This document shows positions 1 to 12,649 of a stretch of 64,000 nucleotides of DNA, piece after piece. Under the pieces are notes generated by a model that was not told the DNA's origin, did not search any database, and saw nothing but the letters and a program-made list of their open reading frames with translations. Each line of letters starts with the position of its first letter. The first letter of the stretch is position 1. The stretch comes from Lama glama (taxonomy: Eukaryota), in NCBI GenBank assembly GCA_028534125.1, contig CM052821.1:55242001-55306000 (forward strand), in the 5' to 3' direction. The position numbers and the translations under genes are program-made.

Positions 1-620
1 AGTACTGCTCACCCTCCGAACCAGGCCGTGACTCAGAAGAAGGTCCCCAGCAAATTGCCACCACCCCGCACCTCATCTCTTAGAGGAAAAAGCATCCCCT
101 TGGCCGTAGAGAAGGTACCACACACGAGCGCCTTTATCTAGGGGACCAGCCGCTCCTTTGTTCTGAGCCCTTTCGGTTATGGCAGAAACCACGATGGGGG
201 GAAACTTGGAAATAGCTACTCGGAGGGCCCTGGGGCCAGAGGAGTGGAAAGTCCAGGAAGAGCAGCAACAGCCGGGGTGGGGGTGTGGACTTGGGCTGGG
301 GTGGCTTGGTGACATGGCTTCCTGCCGGGCATGCAGTGGTGAGCTGTCCTGGGGAGTGGCAGTGGACTTGTGTGCGTCAGCTCCAGAGGCTCGCTCTCCT
401 ACCAGGGATCTGTCTCGGTACTATTTCACCCTGTTTTTAATAAGGAAGCGGACGCTGTCGTCATTTTTGTCTGGTCATTTGTGGGAGGAAGCATTGATGA
501 GCTGAGGCGCGTGCATTGGGAAGGTAGACAGTCCCTGCAGCTGCTCTAATCCAAGCCTTAGCGTGTCCGTACATTGTTGAAGACTAGACGGTTTTCACAT
601 TTCAATTTAAAATTTTTCAG

Positions 621-791
621 CCCGTGAAAGAGAAACCAGCCAGTCCTTCAAGGATGAAGACCCTAAGTGAGAAGGAATCCCACAGCCATGTGCCCCCTGA
701 CAAGCCCAGTGCTGCCCGCGACGTCACCAGCCTGCCAGCTGGTGGGAGCCACCTGGCCCAAGGCAAGCGCTCGCTCCCTGTTCCAAACAAG
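621..791 (+). CDS. GTSE1: GTSE1 coding exon (probable exon 5), PVKEKPASPSR...KRSLPVPNK
   Basis: tttcag acceptor, AAG|gtgggt donor, 171 nt, phase 0-0; similar to human ...KRAIPVPNK. Confidence 0.9.
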
Positions 792-1319
792 GTGGGTTGG
801 CCAGGCCTGTAGGTGGTGGCAGGGAGAAAGGGCAGCTTTGTATATGTGGGACGTGTCCTCTGATGAAAGTCAAGGTCAGGAAGGTAGAAAACAGGACCCA
901 GGAGAGGCAGCTCGGCGAAGTGCACGCAGACCTGGCCCGCGTGAGGGGTCTGACGGCGGAGATGCTCCCTGCTCCCCTCACCGGGCCCGAGCGCGGAGGA
1001 GATGGGACGTGGACCGCGCTGTGAAAACCACAGCTCCTCACAGGCGTGGGGACTGCTGTCCACGTCTCTGCCATTTGTTTTCCAGCGGTGATGGTCAGAC
1101 TGAGCTGTGCATACTTGGGAAAATTGCCTAATCGCTGGTGGGACTTAAGGTGGCCACAGCTGGCCCCTGCAGCTACCGACCCCGCAGGTGGGGGCGAGGC
1201 CCCAAGCCTGCGGCTCAGCAAGCTCCCAGGGGTTTCCGTGCAGGGCTCTGAAGGCTGCGCGGGGAAGTACGGCTTGACCTTTAAATTCCAGATGATACTT
1301 TGTAAACATTTTTTTTTTT

Positions 1320-1460
1320 TTAGGATTTTGATTGCGAGTACATTTAATGTATTTACCAATACAATTAGGGATAATAGACATTTTTTACAATATTGAGTCT
1401 TCCAATCCAAGAAAATGGTATGTCTTTGTTTTTTAGATCATCTTTACAAAATTCTATTGA
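1320..1460 (-). mobile_element. Old L1 ORF2 fragment
   Basis: acaatattgagtcttccaatccaagaaaatggtatgtc is typical antisense L1M sequence; by eye only. Confidence 0.65.
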
Positions 1461-1562
1461 AATAAACTAGTTGTTAGGATACTTTGTAAAATATTAAAGG
1501 CAATTTTAAAACCCACTTTTGCAGAAAAACGTGATGGGTAGATAATGAAATCTTTGTTTTAG

Positions 1563-1689
1563 CTGGGGCGGAAGAAGACCGTGCTGAAACTGCCTGGGTG
1601 TGCTGGCAGCCTCGCAGGGAAGGCCGCCTCCGCGGGGTCGGTTTCGGGTGTGACCTCCAGCGTGTGTGCCTCCCCAGCAGCCGGCAAAG
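1563..1689 (+). CDS. GTSE1: GTSE1 coding exon (probable exon 6), LGRKKTVLKLPG...SPAAGK
   Basis: ttttag acceptor, G|gtaagg donor, 127 nt, phase 0-1. Confidence 0.9.
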
Positions 1690-3281
1690 GTAAGGCTGGC
1701 CCCGAATGCTGACCGCTCCTGACAGACCATCTTCACAGAACCACTGAGCTCGGCAGAAGTTTCCAGAAGGCTTGTGGGGGTCTGGGGCAGGGAGCTTCTC
1801 CGATTCCCAGACCCAAGGTGCTTCCTCTCCTGAGGAGAGGCACTCAGACGGGCGGTCTTAGGGTGGGACGAGCAGTCACAAAGGGGACACGTGCTCAAGG
1901 TGCCAGAGAACCCAGAGAGACGCTGGGACCAGCCTCCATGGAAATGGAACCAGACATAGGTTTTTAAAATCGGGCTGTTCTAGATGGTGTAGGGCACGGG
2001 ACCCGTGTAACTCCTGAGTGTGTGTAAATCTGCGCCCTCAAATGGGTTTAAGGGCAGGCTACTTTAATCTCAGCAAGCCAAGGGTGCCATCTGGTGGTGA
2101 AGGGGAGAGAGCCTGGGAGGCTGTGGGCGGAGGCATTCGACTGCCTGCTGTTAGGACTAAACCCTCCTCAAATTCTGTTTGCTGCGTGGACTCGGACTGC
2201 AGGCCAGGCCGCACGGCGTGCATCTTGCGCACAGACGTGAATAGTCTGAGCTCTTGAATGAGACTGACCTGATTTGGAATCCTGACTGCCAGTGGCGACT
2301 AAGAACTTGGGTTGTTCCTCTATCTTTACAAACTGAGGGGAAAACACGTCCTTTCAGTGTTCCTGTGGGCCTTAGGAGGCCACATGAAGCCCCAGCCCTG
2401 ACTCTGTGCGCGGCGTGTGTTCAGTGAAGAGAAGTTCTGGCACGTTAGGTGTTGGGAGGTCGGCTTTGATGTCGGTTCAGAGCGTTGGCACCGTTTTCAC
2501 TAGTTTCTGATCCCGTCTCTGCTAAGGGTCGAGACAGACCGCGTGGGGCTTCTGGGGGGTGTGCGTTTCTCTGCTGTCCACAGTGGGATCACGGGGGTCG
2601 GGAGCTGCGGCGTGTGGGCGGGCGTGTGAAGCCCTTGCCCGCAGGGGCCCGGAGCTGTGGAAGTGCTCATTCTCTTAGGTCTTCTCCAGGAATCTTTCAC
2701 CAGATTGACTTCTGTACTGGGCGTGTTGGCAGCTGAGTGTTTTTGCCCTACTTTATCCGCAGTTCTGACTTGAATAGCACTCGTAGTTGGTATGACCCAA
2801 CCTGCTTGTAATTTACAGGAACCGACCGGTAAGGGTTGTGTCATCTCTCCCTGTCCCTCCCCGCCCACTGACAGGACAGGTGGGGTGAGACTAGATGATC
2901 CGTTTTCATCTGCTCAGCGAGGGTAGACCTCTGTGTCGGCATCAGTGAAGACAGGAGAGCTTGAACTCACGGGTACTGACGTGAGTCTCGGTGCTGGCGT
3001 CTAGAATTAGCGCCTTGGAGCACACTCAGCTGGGCCGTGAGCGGCCCGGCTCGTCCTGGGTTAGAGGACGTTGCCTGGCAGACCTACAGAATATTGCTCA
3101 TGTGTTTTCCTTACATGGAAATCACCATGATAGAAATTGATGGAAATAAATCATTTTCTTCTACATTTTAAGGTAGAGATGTTAAAGACAGCATATTTTG
3201 TGTGTGCCATTGAGTAACGTCATAATCTGGAAATAACATCAACTTGGGTGATAATCAGATTTCGTGTGTCTCCTCTTCCAG

Positions 3282-3638
3282 CTAAAGCGAGTGACCTTCC
3301 AAGCATTCCTGCAGACAGCTCCCGAGCAAACACCAGCCAGTCGGGCAGAACAGGACTCGCGGCGCCGCGGTTGTCACTGCAGGCGGGTCCCGGGGGCGGG
3401 CCCTGCGGCCAAAGCCAGAGGCCCGCTGAGCTGCCCCGGGAGCCCACCAGGGCGGCTCTCACCCAACCCCAGACTCCAGAACGGGGAGGCCCCGGGCTGA
3501 GCTCCTGTATCAGTTGGTCACACTCCTCCCAAATGAACAAAACTGGGAGTGCAAGGAGGCGCGACTCCTGTCTGAACTCCAAGACAAAGGTCATGCCTAC
3601 CCCTACGCACCGATTTAAAGTTCCTAAGTTTTCTACTG
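3282..3638 (+). CDS. GTSE1: GTSE1 coding exon (probable exon 7), ...RRRDSCLNSKTKVMPTPTHRFKVPKFST
   Basis: ttccag acceptor, G|gtaaga donor, 357 nt, phase 1-1; within ORF 3248..3649. Confidence 0.93.
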
Positions 3639-3739
3639 GTAAGAGATAAATTATAATGCGTTTTTAAAATACTGAACAAATTATATTTAAAGTTAAAAAA
3701 ATTACTAGTTTTGGTGATGGTCGTTTCTTCACTTTTATT

Positions 3740-4810
3740 TTTCTTAAAGCACTTTAAATCTGTCTTCAGCTTGCACTGCTTTGGATGAGAAGTCAGTGAA
3801 TTTCTTACCTTAAGTTTCCCTCTCCGTAACGTGTCGTTTTTCTCTTGTTATTTTCAGCATTTTGATTACTATGTATTTTGATGTGGCTTTTTTTGTGTTT
3901 ATCCTACTTGGGGTTCTGGAGTTATTCTGATCTGTGAGTTTATCAGATCTGGAAAATATGTGGCCATTATTTCTTCAAATGTTTTTCCTTGCTTCCCCAC
4001 ACTTCCTGGGACTCTAGGTGCCTGCGTTACAGACCGTCTGATGCTGTCTTTTAGGGCACGACGAGCTGCTCTCTTCCAGCCCCTCCTGGCACGTCTGCAG
4101 GTTCATGTGTCTTTTCTTCGGCAATGCGTCCAATCTGCTGCTACGTCTGCCCAGTTAATTTTTCATTGCTGGCATCTCCCCGTTTGTGTCCTCATGGTGT
4201 TTGTGTTTTCCTCTTAATTCCTGAACGTATTATAATGGTCCTTGTAAGTCTGCTTCTTCTGATCCCACCGTCCCTGTCATTTGGGTTCCATTTCTCTTGC
4301 CTCGTTTGTCCTGGTGATGGTGGCATTTTCCTGCTTCCTCGTGTCTAATGGCTTTTTATTGTCTGCTGGACGTCATCAATTGTACATTTTTGAAAGTCTG
4401 GATTTTATTGTCTGTCTTTAAGGAGTTGAATTCTGCTTTGGCAGGAATTTAAATTTCACGTCACCTCGGTCCTTTCAAGGCTTCTTTAAGCTTTGGCGGG
4501 GCAGCTCTCGGGCCTGTGCTCTTGGGGTAGTTCCATCCTGGACGTGCTGTGCGTCCCTGAGGTCTCTGCTCCGGCCGGTTGGACGTGTTCCCAGTGCTGG
4601 TTCTTGCCCCTTTCTGAGCCCTGCCCTGCATTCGTGCTGCTTCTCACTACACAGCAAGGACTCGGGGTCCTGCTCGGATTTCTAGAGCACTCTCTCTCTC
4701 TCTGTAGTTCCCTCCTCTTAACACTCTGCCCCTCAGATTCCAGCCTGTGCAGCCTCCCAAACCCTGATCGTTGTCTCCTCAAATCAGTGAGACTGCCAGG
4801 CTCCCCTCGG
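3740..4810 (-). mobile_element. Old L1M (5'/ORF1 region) remnant
   Basis: T-rich, gatgagaagtcag...gtgtttatcctacttgggg...ggccattatttcttcaaat; edges approximate. Confidence 0.7.
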
Positions 4811-5049
4811 GCTCTCCCCACCTGCGCTGGCGTGCCGACAGGGCTGCCAGGTAGGAGGTGGCGTGTTTGGTCGAGGTAAATTAGTCAGTGTGTATAATGC
4901 AGAGAGTTGTACGGAGCTGATTTGAGGGGGAGGATAGTTCTGGCCTCCTTTCAAGCTTGTTTCTTAGCGGCTTGAGTATCTTAAAGTTATCAGCATCGCT
5001 GGCTAGTGCAGGCGGCCTTCAACACCTGCAAACCTCGTTTGGAGTTGCT

Positions 5050-5340
5050 GCTCATATACGAATGAGCCATTCCATTGCGTGTCTCCCAGTGCTAGGCACT
5101 CTTAGGTTCAGGGGATGTAATGGTAAGGCAAATCCTATTCTTGGGATTTCCATTTTAATAGTGAAACATGAGAAATGCTGTCAAGTAAGTGTACTTCCAG
5201 ATCGTAAGTACGAGGAAGTGACTAACAGAAGATGAGGAAGAAGTTACAGAGTGGGGTTCTTTCAGCCAAGATGGTCAGGGTAGACTCCCCTCAGGAGGTG
5301 ACACGGCTGAGATGTGAGCCACGAGGAGGCGGGAGGCATT
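5050..5340 (-). mobile_element. L2 fragment
   Basis: gtgctaggcactc...ggtcagggtagactcccctcaggaggtgaca resembles antisense L2. Confidence 0.5.
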
Positions 5341-6851
5341 AGAAAAGGCAGAGGGACGAACCCTTGGTTGATTGTAGGGTGTGATACAGGTATTTTAATA
5401 ATCTGAAATTCCATAAAAATCGTTACTCTCCCATGCACCTTGTGGGGGCTCCCCAGGAGTGCGCCACCGAGATGAGGGAGGACACCGGGAAGAGGAAGAC
5501 ACGGGCAGCCGTGCAAGGGGGAACCCTGCCCAGGATGGGGTGAGAATGCAGGGCCCGGCCTGGCCTCGGAGAGAGATCTTCGGGAAGCACAGGGCCTCGG
5601 TGCCCGAGAGGGGGCCACCTGGAAATACTCCCAGGGACAGAGCTTCTGGGCCACTCAGTCACAGGCGCCCAAATAAGAAACAAACAAAAGACGGAGGCAG
5701 TTACGACCTCGGGTAGGGGCAGGGGTGGGAGCCCCGGGAAGGAGGTGCGTCATGTGTCCATAGACGCAGCTGTCAGAACGCCGCGAGCCGCAGCGGCCGG
5801 CTGCACAGGTCTGCATGGGCCCCGGAGGGGGCCGGCTCTCGCCGGGACCTGGGCAGGTTTTGAAGAACGAGAAGTAGCAGCACATGTGACTTAGAGATTC
5901 AGAGGTGGCCCCACAGGAAGCAAGCAGGTTGGAAGTAGGGTGGGTGTGCTGCTTTGTCTCCAGATTTTCACCCTGCATTTTTTATGTTTTGGGCTTTTTT
6001 TGGTGCATGAATTGCTTTGATAAGATCAACTTTTGAACAGAACAGGAGATGGGAGGTGAGGACAAGCACATATGGGCAGCTCTTTGGAGAAGATCTTTCT
6101 TTGAAGAGCAGAGAGACGCGGAGCGGGGGCAGGGTGGGAGGGGACCCGTGGGAGCCCCTGCACCGCCTGCCTCCCTGGGGCTGGGGACTGCCTCACTGCC
6201 CAGGGCTTCCAGGACATAGCGGATACTGCCTGGGGGCTTAGCCCTGGGGGGAGTCTGTGACTTCTCATGTGCACTGCAGCCTGAGCCTGTGCCGGGCCTC
6301 TCTCAGTCCTCCCAGCCTGCTTGTGGTCACCTGTGATCAGTCAGGATCACACACGCGCAAGTGGTTAGTCGCCAGACGACGTGAACAGTTTGCCACCTTA
6401 GGGCCACCTAGCGCTGTCCGTTTCCCGAGAGTGAAGGTGGTGGTGGGCTCTGCAGGGCTCGCCTGGCATGCAGCTGCGTTAGCCTCGCTGCTGGGGGCGG
6501 GGGTCTCCCGGGGGACTTGTCCCGGTTGCACACTGAGCGCTGCCTTCTCTTTGGGACTCTGAAGGCTCTCGGTTCCCGTCTAGGTGAGTAGTGGCTGCAG
6601 GCAGAGGTGAGATGAGGGCTCGTCCTGTTCTGCAGCCACTGGTTGGACCCTAAGGCCCTGCGGGGGGCGGGTCCCCCTGGAGGGAGGCCATGTCCCCTCT
6701 CACTCCTGGGCGGCAGGTTTGCTCTCTGGGCTTGTCTGACCTTCAGCTCCTTCCTGTGCCGCCCTCACTGCAACTCGGGAGAACGGAGGCATGTAGAGAA
6801 GAGCTCCCCGGTTGGTGAAGAGGGACTTATCCCTGGGTCCTCTCGTCTCAG

Positions 6852-6924
6852 GTGAACCCCCGGACAGCGCAACGCCGAAGTCCTGCCGGGCGCAGAGGCC
6901 ACAGTCCTGCACGTCGGTGGGGAG
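6852..6924 (+). CDS. GTSE1: GTSE1 coding exon (probable exon 8), EPPDSATPKSCRAQRPQSCTSVGR
   Basis: tctcag acceptor, AG|gtaact donor, 73 nt, phase 1-2. Confidence 0.9.
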
Positions 6925-7119
6925 GTAACTCACCATCTGCTTCCTTCCTTGTGTTACTGTAAGAACAAACTCAGGCACCTGCTGACTTCTGGAAGTACCT
7001 TCTCCAGTGTAGAGACCCACAGCCTGGCCATGCACATCTGGCCTTAGCCCCGGGCTCCTGAGCCACTGCGCCATCCCCTGCAGATTACGGTGGCCAGCGC
7101 CGATTTTCACCCCTGAACC

Positions 7120-7275
7120 CGCAGTTCTCCAGCCAGACTGCCCGGCAGAGATGCTGTCAGGGCTGTTGCAATTCCAGCTCACCCTCAGAGGCTCTGATTC
7201 AGCTGGTCTGGCATGGAGCCCAGCACCTGCAGGGTCTCACAGTGACCCTAGCATGTGCCGGGGTTGAGGACCACC
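7120..7275. mobile_element. MER5A-like hAT remnant
   Basis: ctcagaggctctgattcagctggtctggcatggagcccag...ggttgaggaccac. Confidence 0.55.
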
Positions 7276-8858
7276 TGCATGAGTCCCGGGTCTGCCACTT
7301 CCTGGTCTGGATCTAGTGCAGATGACTCAGTGTCCCCTCCTTGTGTCCCCGTGCCCCGCGGGGACGACACGCACACATGCATGTGCACACACCTGGGACC
7401 ACTCATGCAAACGCTGCCCCACTTCTGGCTGCCCTCCTGCCACCTGCGCTGCCACCTGCTGAGGTGGGCGGGCTACGCCATCCACACATCTGGCCCTCTG
7501 ATGATCGGCTCTCCGGGAACTGTCACATTGGCAGGACCCCAGCCCAGTGCCGCTCAGTCCTGTGCACATCAGCTCGGGGTAGGGCAGGAGTTAGGGCACT
7601 CAGACCCCCTGGAGCGGGATCCTGGTGCCAGCATACGCCAGGGTGGGAGTGCTGGATGGGGCGGGCAGGACAAGCACTGGGCTCGGACAGCAGAGCAGGA
7701 CCCTGATCTCGGGTCTGCCCCGACCAGTCGGGCCGGCCGCCAGTCTTCCACAACTTTGGGCTTTACTTGGATGTGAACTTGGGATGCACTTTATGGGGTT
7801 GGACCAGGTGCTCTCCCTTGGAGCATTAGCCGGGCTGAGATTCCTTCCTTCCACACAGTGGGTAAGAGCAGGACCCAGAGCCACCAGGCACTGGCCCCGT
7901 CATGTCTCCTCTCCGCTCAGTTTTCTCACCTGTACAATGGGAAGATAGCTCCTACCTCCAGGGTTACCTTGAAGATTACATTTGTTTGTATTTTTAAGTT
8001 TATTTTCACTGGAGTTTGTGGCGGAGTGGCCAGTGCTCAGCAGTAAAGCACGTGGGACAGATTCCAGAACTTCGCAGAGACAGGCATCTTGCTCCCAGCA
8101 CCTGTCTCTCCCACCCACTCTCCTTTCAGTAAATGTTAATTAAAGTTTGTCTGTAGACTGATTTTGAACATGCAGACTGTCCTCGACGGGTGGCAGAACC
8201 AACAGGTGTGTCATCCCCGGCCTCCCGCGGGCACCGCGTTGGTGGGAGGGCCCTGACTTGTTGAGGATGACAGTCTGTTCAGCCTCTCTTCTCTGTCAGC
8301 AACAGGACACATCAACAGTGGGGCGGGACTGGTTGGCAGCCTGAGCCACAGGTACTGCCAGGGTGAGAAGGAGAGATGCGTGAGAAACAGGCACCAGGTG
8401 TGCTGGGTCACACCCGTGTTCACACCTGGTTCAGGGGCCTTAGACCCAGGGAACTGCCTGTCCACTCACATGCCCAGCCGGGCCCTGCCCTGGCCTGGAC
8501 TTCCTGGTGGGAATGTTTATGCCAGCAGAAGGTGACCTTTCCATCTCCTGTGCAGAGGCTCCTGTGAAGACCGTTTCCGTGGCAGCACCTATAACGTGCA
8601 GTCACACTGGATCGGAACCTCAGATGGGCCCACAGAGGAACTGAAGCCCCTGCTCGGCCTCCCGGGGCTGGCGGCAGCGCTGAGTCCCTGCCCTCGCCGC
8701 CGCCCCTCCTCAGAGGACAGCTGACAGGCTTCGCCAGCTTGAATCTTTGATGTTGAAACCACAGGCCTTTGCACTGCACTAGCACGTGGCTGAATCATTA
8801 GATTTTCTTGATTTGTTTCAAGTCATCTCTGCTTAAAACTCTCATTTTGTCTTTCCAG

Positions 8859-9095
8859 GATTGTTCATAGCACTCCTGTTAGACGGTCCTTGGGCCCAGC
8901 CTCGCAGAGCCTGGTAAGCAGCGTGTGGACCCCTGTGAGTACAAGACGCGTGTCAGCCCTGCCCACGCCTGCCGGCCGCCGACTCTCCAGCCTTCCCGTG
9001 CTGACCCCTAAGACCCTGCCCAGGGCCCTGGCTTCTCCCCTGCGTGTGTCTGCTCAGCGACTGTCTTCTGAGCCCCAGAAAAAATCTGCAGTGAG
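8859..9095 (+). CDS. GTSE1: GTSE1 coding exon (probable exon 9) with SxLP EB1-binding-type motifs (SALP, SSLP)
   Basis: ttccag acceptor, AG|gtagga donor, 237 nt, phase 2-2; IVHSTPVRRS...VSALPTPAGRRLSSLP. Confidence 0.92.
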
Positions 9096-10866
9096 GTAGG
9101 AGTTAAAGATTGCACCGTTTATCTCAAATTCATAAAACCGCAGGCAGTCGTGTACTGGGAAGTCACTGTCGGGAACTAGCTAGACTGAGGTCCGTGCCCC
9201 TTCTCAGCCCCCGCAGCGGAGCCTGGCTGCACGCCCTCCTGCGGGTAGTTCTCTGAGAGGGAGGGCCCTGCTTCTTTGTCGTGTTTCTCTCCTGACAGCG
9301 TATCCTGGGTGCAGGCTGGAGGCCTGGGCCTCATCGCACCTTGGGGTAGACGAGGGCCTCCCAGCCGGGACAAGCCCTCCAGGCAGAGCCGCGCCACCCA
9401 GTGCGCTGGTGCCAGGAGCTCTGGGACCTTGCGTGGTCCTCACGATGGGGCCCTGGGGAGGGCCCCGCACCCTCGGCCTCGAGGCTCTCAGTCAGCAGTG
9501 ACCACACTCAGGCTTCCCGAGAAACAGACCCCCCCACCGCCTGTCCCGCTCACTGGCCCGTGTCCAGCTGCACTGCCCCGCGCTGCCCTGCGCCGCATCT
9601 GGACAGGCCTGCGCTTGCATCCTCTCCACCTGGAACGCAGAGCTGTCTCCTCCCCATAATTGGAGTCCATGTTCAGGGGCCTTTCTGGAGACCCCGTTCC
9701 CGACTTGGTCGCGCTGCTCCTTTTCCCCACGTTGCTTTCTCACATTTCCCACCTCCTGGCTGCCCACACAGAGTGTGTGTTTGTCCACTTGACAGTCGTC
9801 CGAGACGCCGCTGGTGGGGAAGCTCCCCTGAGCCTCCCCTGTCCGGCCTGTCACCAGGCCTGAGGACAAGCTCCCGGCATGCGGCAGGCGCTCAGGAGTA
9901 TCTGTGGGAGGAACCACCCAGGTAGAGTGTATAGTTGGTCACTGGCTTCCTTGACTAGAAGCTTCATCTGTGAAGGAGCCTTAACGGGCCAGGTATAAGC
10001 ATCGGGCCTCTGATCCTCCGTCACCCTGGCAGAGCTTGGGGGAAGGCTGGGGTGCCGGTGTGTGGACCCACCCACGGCGGTGTCGAGCACGTATGTGTCT
10101 GGGTCTTTCTGTGAGAGCAGAGGAGACAGAGTGCCAGGCTGTGTGTTAGGTCAGGGAGAGGAACCAGCCAGACACAAGGCCGCCCCGAAAACTCGAACAA
10201 GGCCCAGCATGGACGGTCAGTGCTGTTGACATGTGTTGTGCGTTTGCAGGTGTCAGGATAGAAAAGAAATCCTACTGTCTTTCAGGTTGTTATGAAGCCT
10301 TTACAGTATTGAAAAGAAGATATGCTGTATTAATTTATGGAAATTGTTGCTTTCTTCAGTTTTCTTGTGAAATTCAGTTCCGAGTCATCAGGTTTCTGAG
10401 GCCTGCCAGGCAGCAGACTATCCTGGGTCTGGAGACGCAGCAGGCAGACGGGGGCCAGGCCGGGTGCACACTGCACTGACGGGAAACACAGACACCAAAG
10501 AGCGTCTGCACAGTGACAGGTGTACGGGGCAGCCCCCCTGCGGAGTGTGTGACCTGGGCATTCAGACCTGCCCCGCCATCCACACTCCAGGCAGGAGGAA
10601 CCAGGCCGGCAGGAGCACCGTGGCCACAGCACGTGGACAGAGGCGGCTCCTGCACCTGGTCCTTGCCCCTCTCCTTCTCGAACACCTTCAGGCGCCTATG
10701 CAGACACCAGACTCAGAGACCACGCATCCGCCTGCTGGAGCCGGAACCAGCGCCGGGAGCTCTCCACTGGACGACGCTTCTCTGAAAAGAACCTTCTCGA
10801 GTCATCACCACACGAGCTAGCACCTCCCGGCCGTGTCCTGATAGGATTTCTCCTTCCCTCCCACAG

Positions 10867-11071
10867 AACCGCACCAGCAACAGAGAGCGCCCGCAGGGCT
10901 GCTCCCAGGGGCTCGGACTCGTCGCCGGATGGGAGCCTTTCTCCCCCGTCCGCCGTGCCGCAGGCGCTTAACTTTTCTCCAGAAAAGAGTGATCTTACTT
11001 TTTCAAAAAGTATCGGCACAGAAGCAGCCCCGGCTGAGGCGCAGCCACCTGAGGACCCACCCCCCAGTGAG
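10867..11071 (+). CDS. GTSE1: GTSE1 coding exon (probable exon 10), ...VPQALNFSPEKSDLTFSKS...
   Basis: ccacag acceptor, GAG|gtgaag donor, 205 nt, phase 2-0. Confidence 0.88.
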
Positions 11072-11492
11072 GTGAAGGGATACGTGGGGTTGACTCGTGC
11101 AGTCCTGGGTGTCCCCCCAGCCCCGTGCTAAAGGGAGGGGTCACGACCTCCCGCCTCCAGGAGGGACAAAAACCGCAGCTCCCGTATTTGACCACGGAGA
11201 GGCCAGGGTTCAAAGGAGGGGAGGTGGGGAGCGGGGCAGCAGTGAGGGTGTGAGCGGGGCTCCGGTGCTGGCCGCTGGCAGGCGGGAGGTGGACAGGGCT
11301 GGAGGGCAGCTGGAGAGGAGAGGGCTGTCGGTGCTCACGCTCTGCACCTCTCCTCACCTGGCCACTCCTGGCCCACCTTCCTTGGGTTTCCAAACTGTTA
11401 GCCACATGGGACATAAGCGAGGCCTGCCCGTTTCCTTAAGACGGTTGACAGAAAGGAGCCAGAATCCCTTTTCAGTCTTGTCTCCCAAGTAG

Positions 11493-11705
11493 GCGGTTCT
11501 TGTGGACATTGGGCTGGATGGACTCGGCATCGCCCCCAAAGCTGCAGGCACACCCCGGGGCGACCGCCCTCTCACCCGCTTCTGCGACGCTCCGGAGGCC
11601 AGCGTGGCCGTGCGTCCTGAAGGCAGACCCCTGGTCGACCTCCTGCTGAACACCCCCGACGCCAGCAGGAAGGCTGCGGCCAAGCCCCCCCACGAGGTGG
11701 CACAG
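11493..11705 (+). CDS. GTSE1: GTSE1 coding exon (probable exon 11), clathrin-motif region AVLVDIG...PLVDLLLNTPD
   Basis: aagtag acceptor, CAG|gtgcgg donor, 213 nt, phase 0-0. Confidence 0.9.
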
Positions 11706-12204
11706 GTGCGGAGTGGCAGGGCCCCTGCTGGCTTTGGCCTTGGGGGGTCTCAGTTGGGACCTCGTCCACCAGACACATCATGGTGACCCTGGAGAGTGGC
11801 CACTGGGGCTTCTAAGGGCGACACGCCTCGCCTCATCGCTGGGGGTGTGACCTCAAGTTGGCCAAGCCCCTCCAAGGAATCCCGCCTGGAGCCCTTCCAG
11901 GCCGGGGTCGCGGGGTTTCCGCTCCGGGATCCCCCAGAGCTTCACGTGTGACGAGGGAGCATGACTGCTCAAGGAACTCGGAGGTCTGCAGTGTGTGGCA
12001 CTTTCTCCCTCCAGCTTCTTAAACATGATGGTCAAGATGTTTTGCACTGGGCCTGAGCCCAGTTCACCCATTAGCTTATGGCGTGAGCTGTGGTGGAGGT
12101 GGCCGCAGGCAGCCCTGTCCTCAGTGAAGCCAGTCCTTTGGGGTCTGCGGGAGGGGAGGGGCAGCGCGGGCGCGCTGGTCACCTCTGTCGCTTCGCCCTT
12201 GCAG

Positions 12205-12288
12205 CTGATAGACCTGGCTTCTCCTCTGATCCTGCTGAGTCCGGAGGCTGACAAAGAAAACGTGGACTCACCACTTCTCAAGTTCTGA
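12205..12288 (+). CDS. GTSE1: GTSE1 terminal coding exon with LIDL motif and KEN box
   Basis: ttgcag acceptor; LIDLASPLILLSPEADKENVDSPLLKF then TGA at 12286-12288. Confidence 0.95.
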   Translation: MIDLASPLILLSPEADKENVDSPLLKF

Positions 12289-12643
12289 GTAGAACGAAAT
12301 CCTTTACAGTTACAAGAACAGTCAGTCCTAAAGTGGTTTTCAACCCTTAGAAATTAATTTTCAGAGAAATTGTATTGGAAAAGTTGAAAAACAAAACAAA
12401 AGTCTCTGCACAGTTACTATGCCTGGATCGGGGGCTGTGGGACTGGGGGGGTGTTGGCCACCTGAGGTCACTGCTGGCCAACAGCCTCCCTCCTCACGGA
12501 CCCATACGTGCTGGTGTGCCCGCTGAAGTTACTCCAGGTGAAGAACTTGTTGTGAATCTTCTGTGTGTAAAATAGCAAGTGACTATTTTAAAAATTAAGT
12601 TTGCATGAAAAGGTGAATAGCCTGGACTTAAGTTAAATTGCAA

Positions 12644-12649
12644 AATAAA
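12644..12649 (+). terminator. Candidate GTSE1 polyadenylation signal AATAAA
   Basis: AATAAA in the AT-rich 3'UTR about 360 nt after the stop; ATTAAA variants at 12659 and 12796; another AATAAA at 15048. Confidence 0.55.

Larger units (their letters stand above)
621..12288 (+). other. GTSE1: GTSE1 (G2 and S-phase expressed 1), 3' part of gene: 8 coding exons, 5' exons lie upstream of the window
   Basis: Spliced exons join in frame and end ...LIDLASPLILLSPEADKENVDSPLLKF*, matching the recalled GTSE1 C-terminus; gene order GTSE1-TRMU-CELSR1 is conserved. Confidence 0.96.

Noticed and set aside
273-303. G-quadruplex-like G runs here and at many other sites
   Set aside because: Ubiquitous at this GC content; none stands out without data
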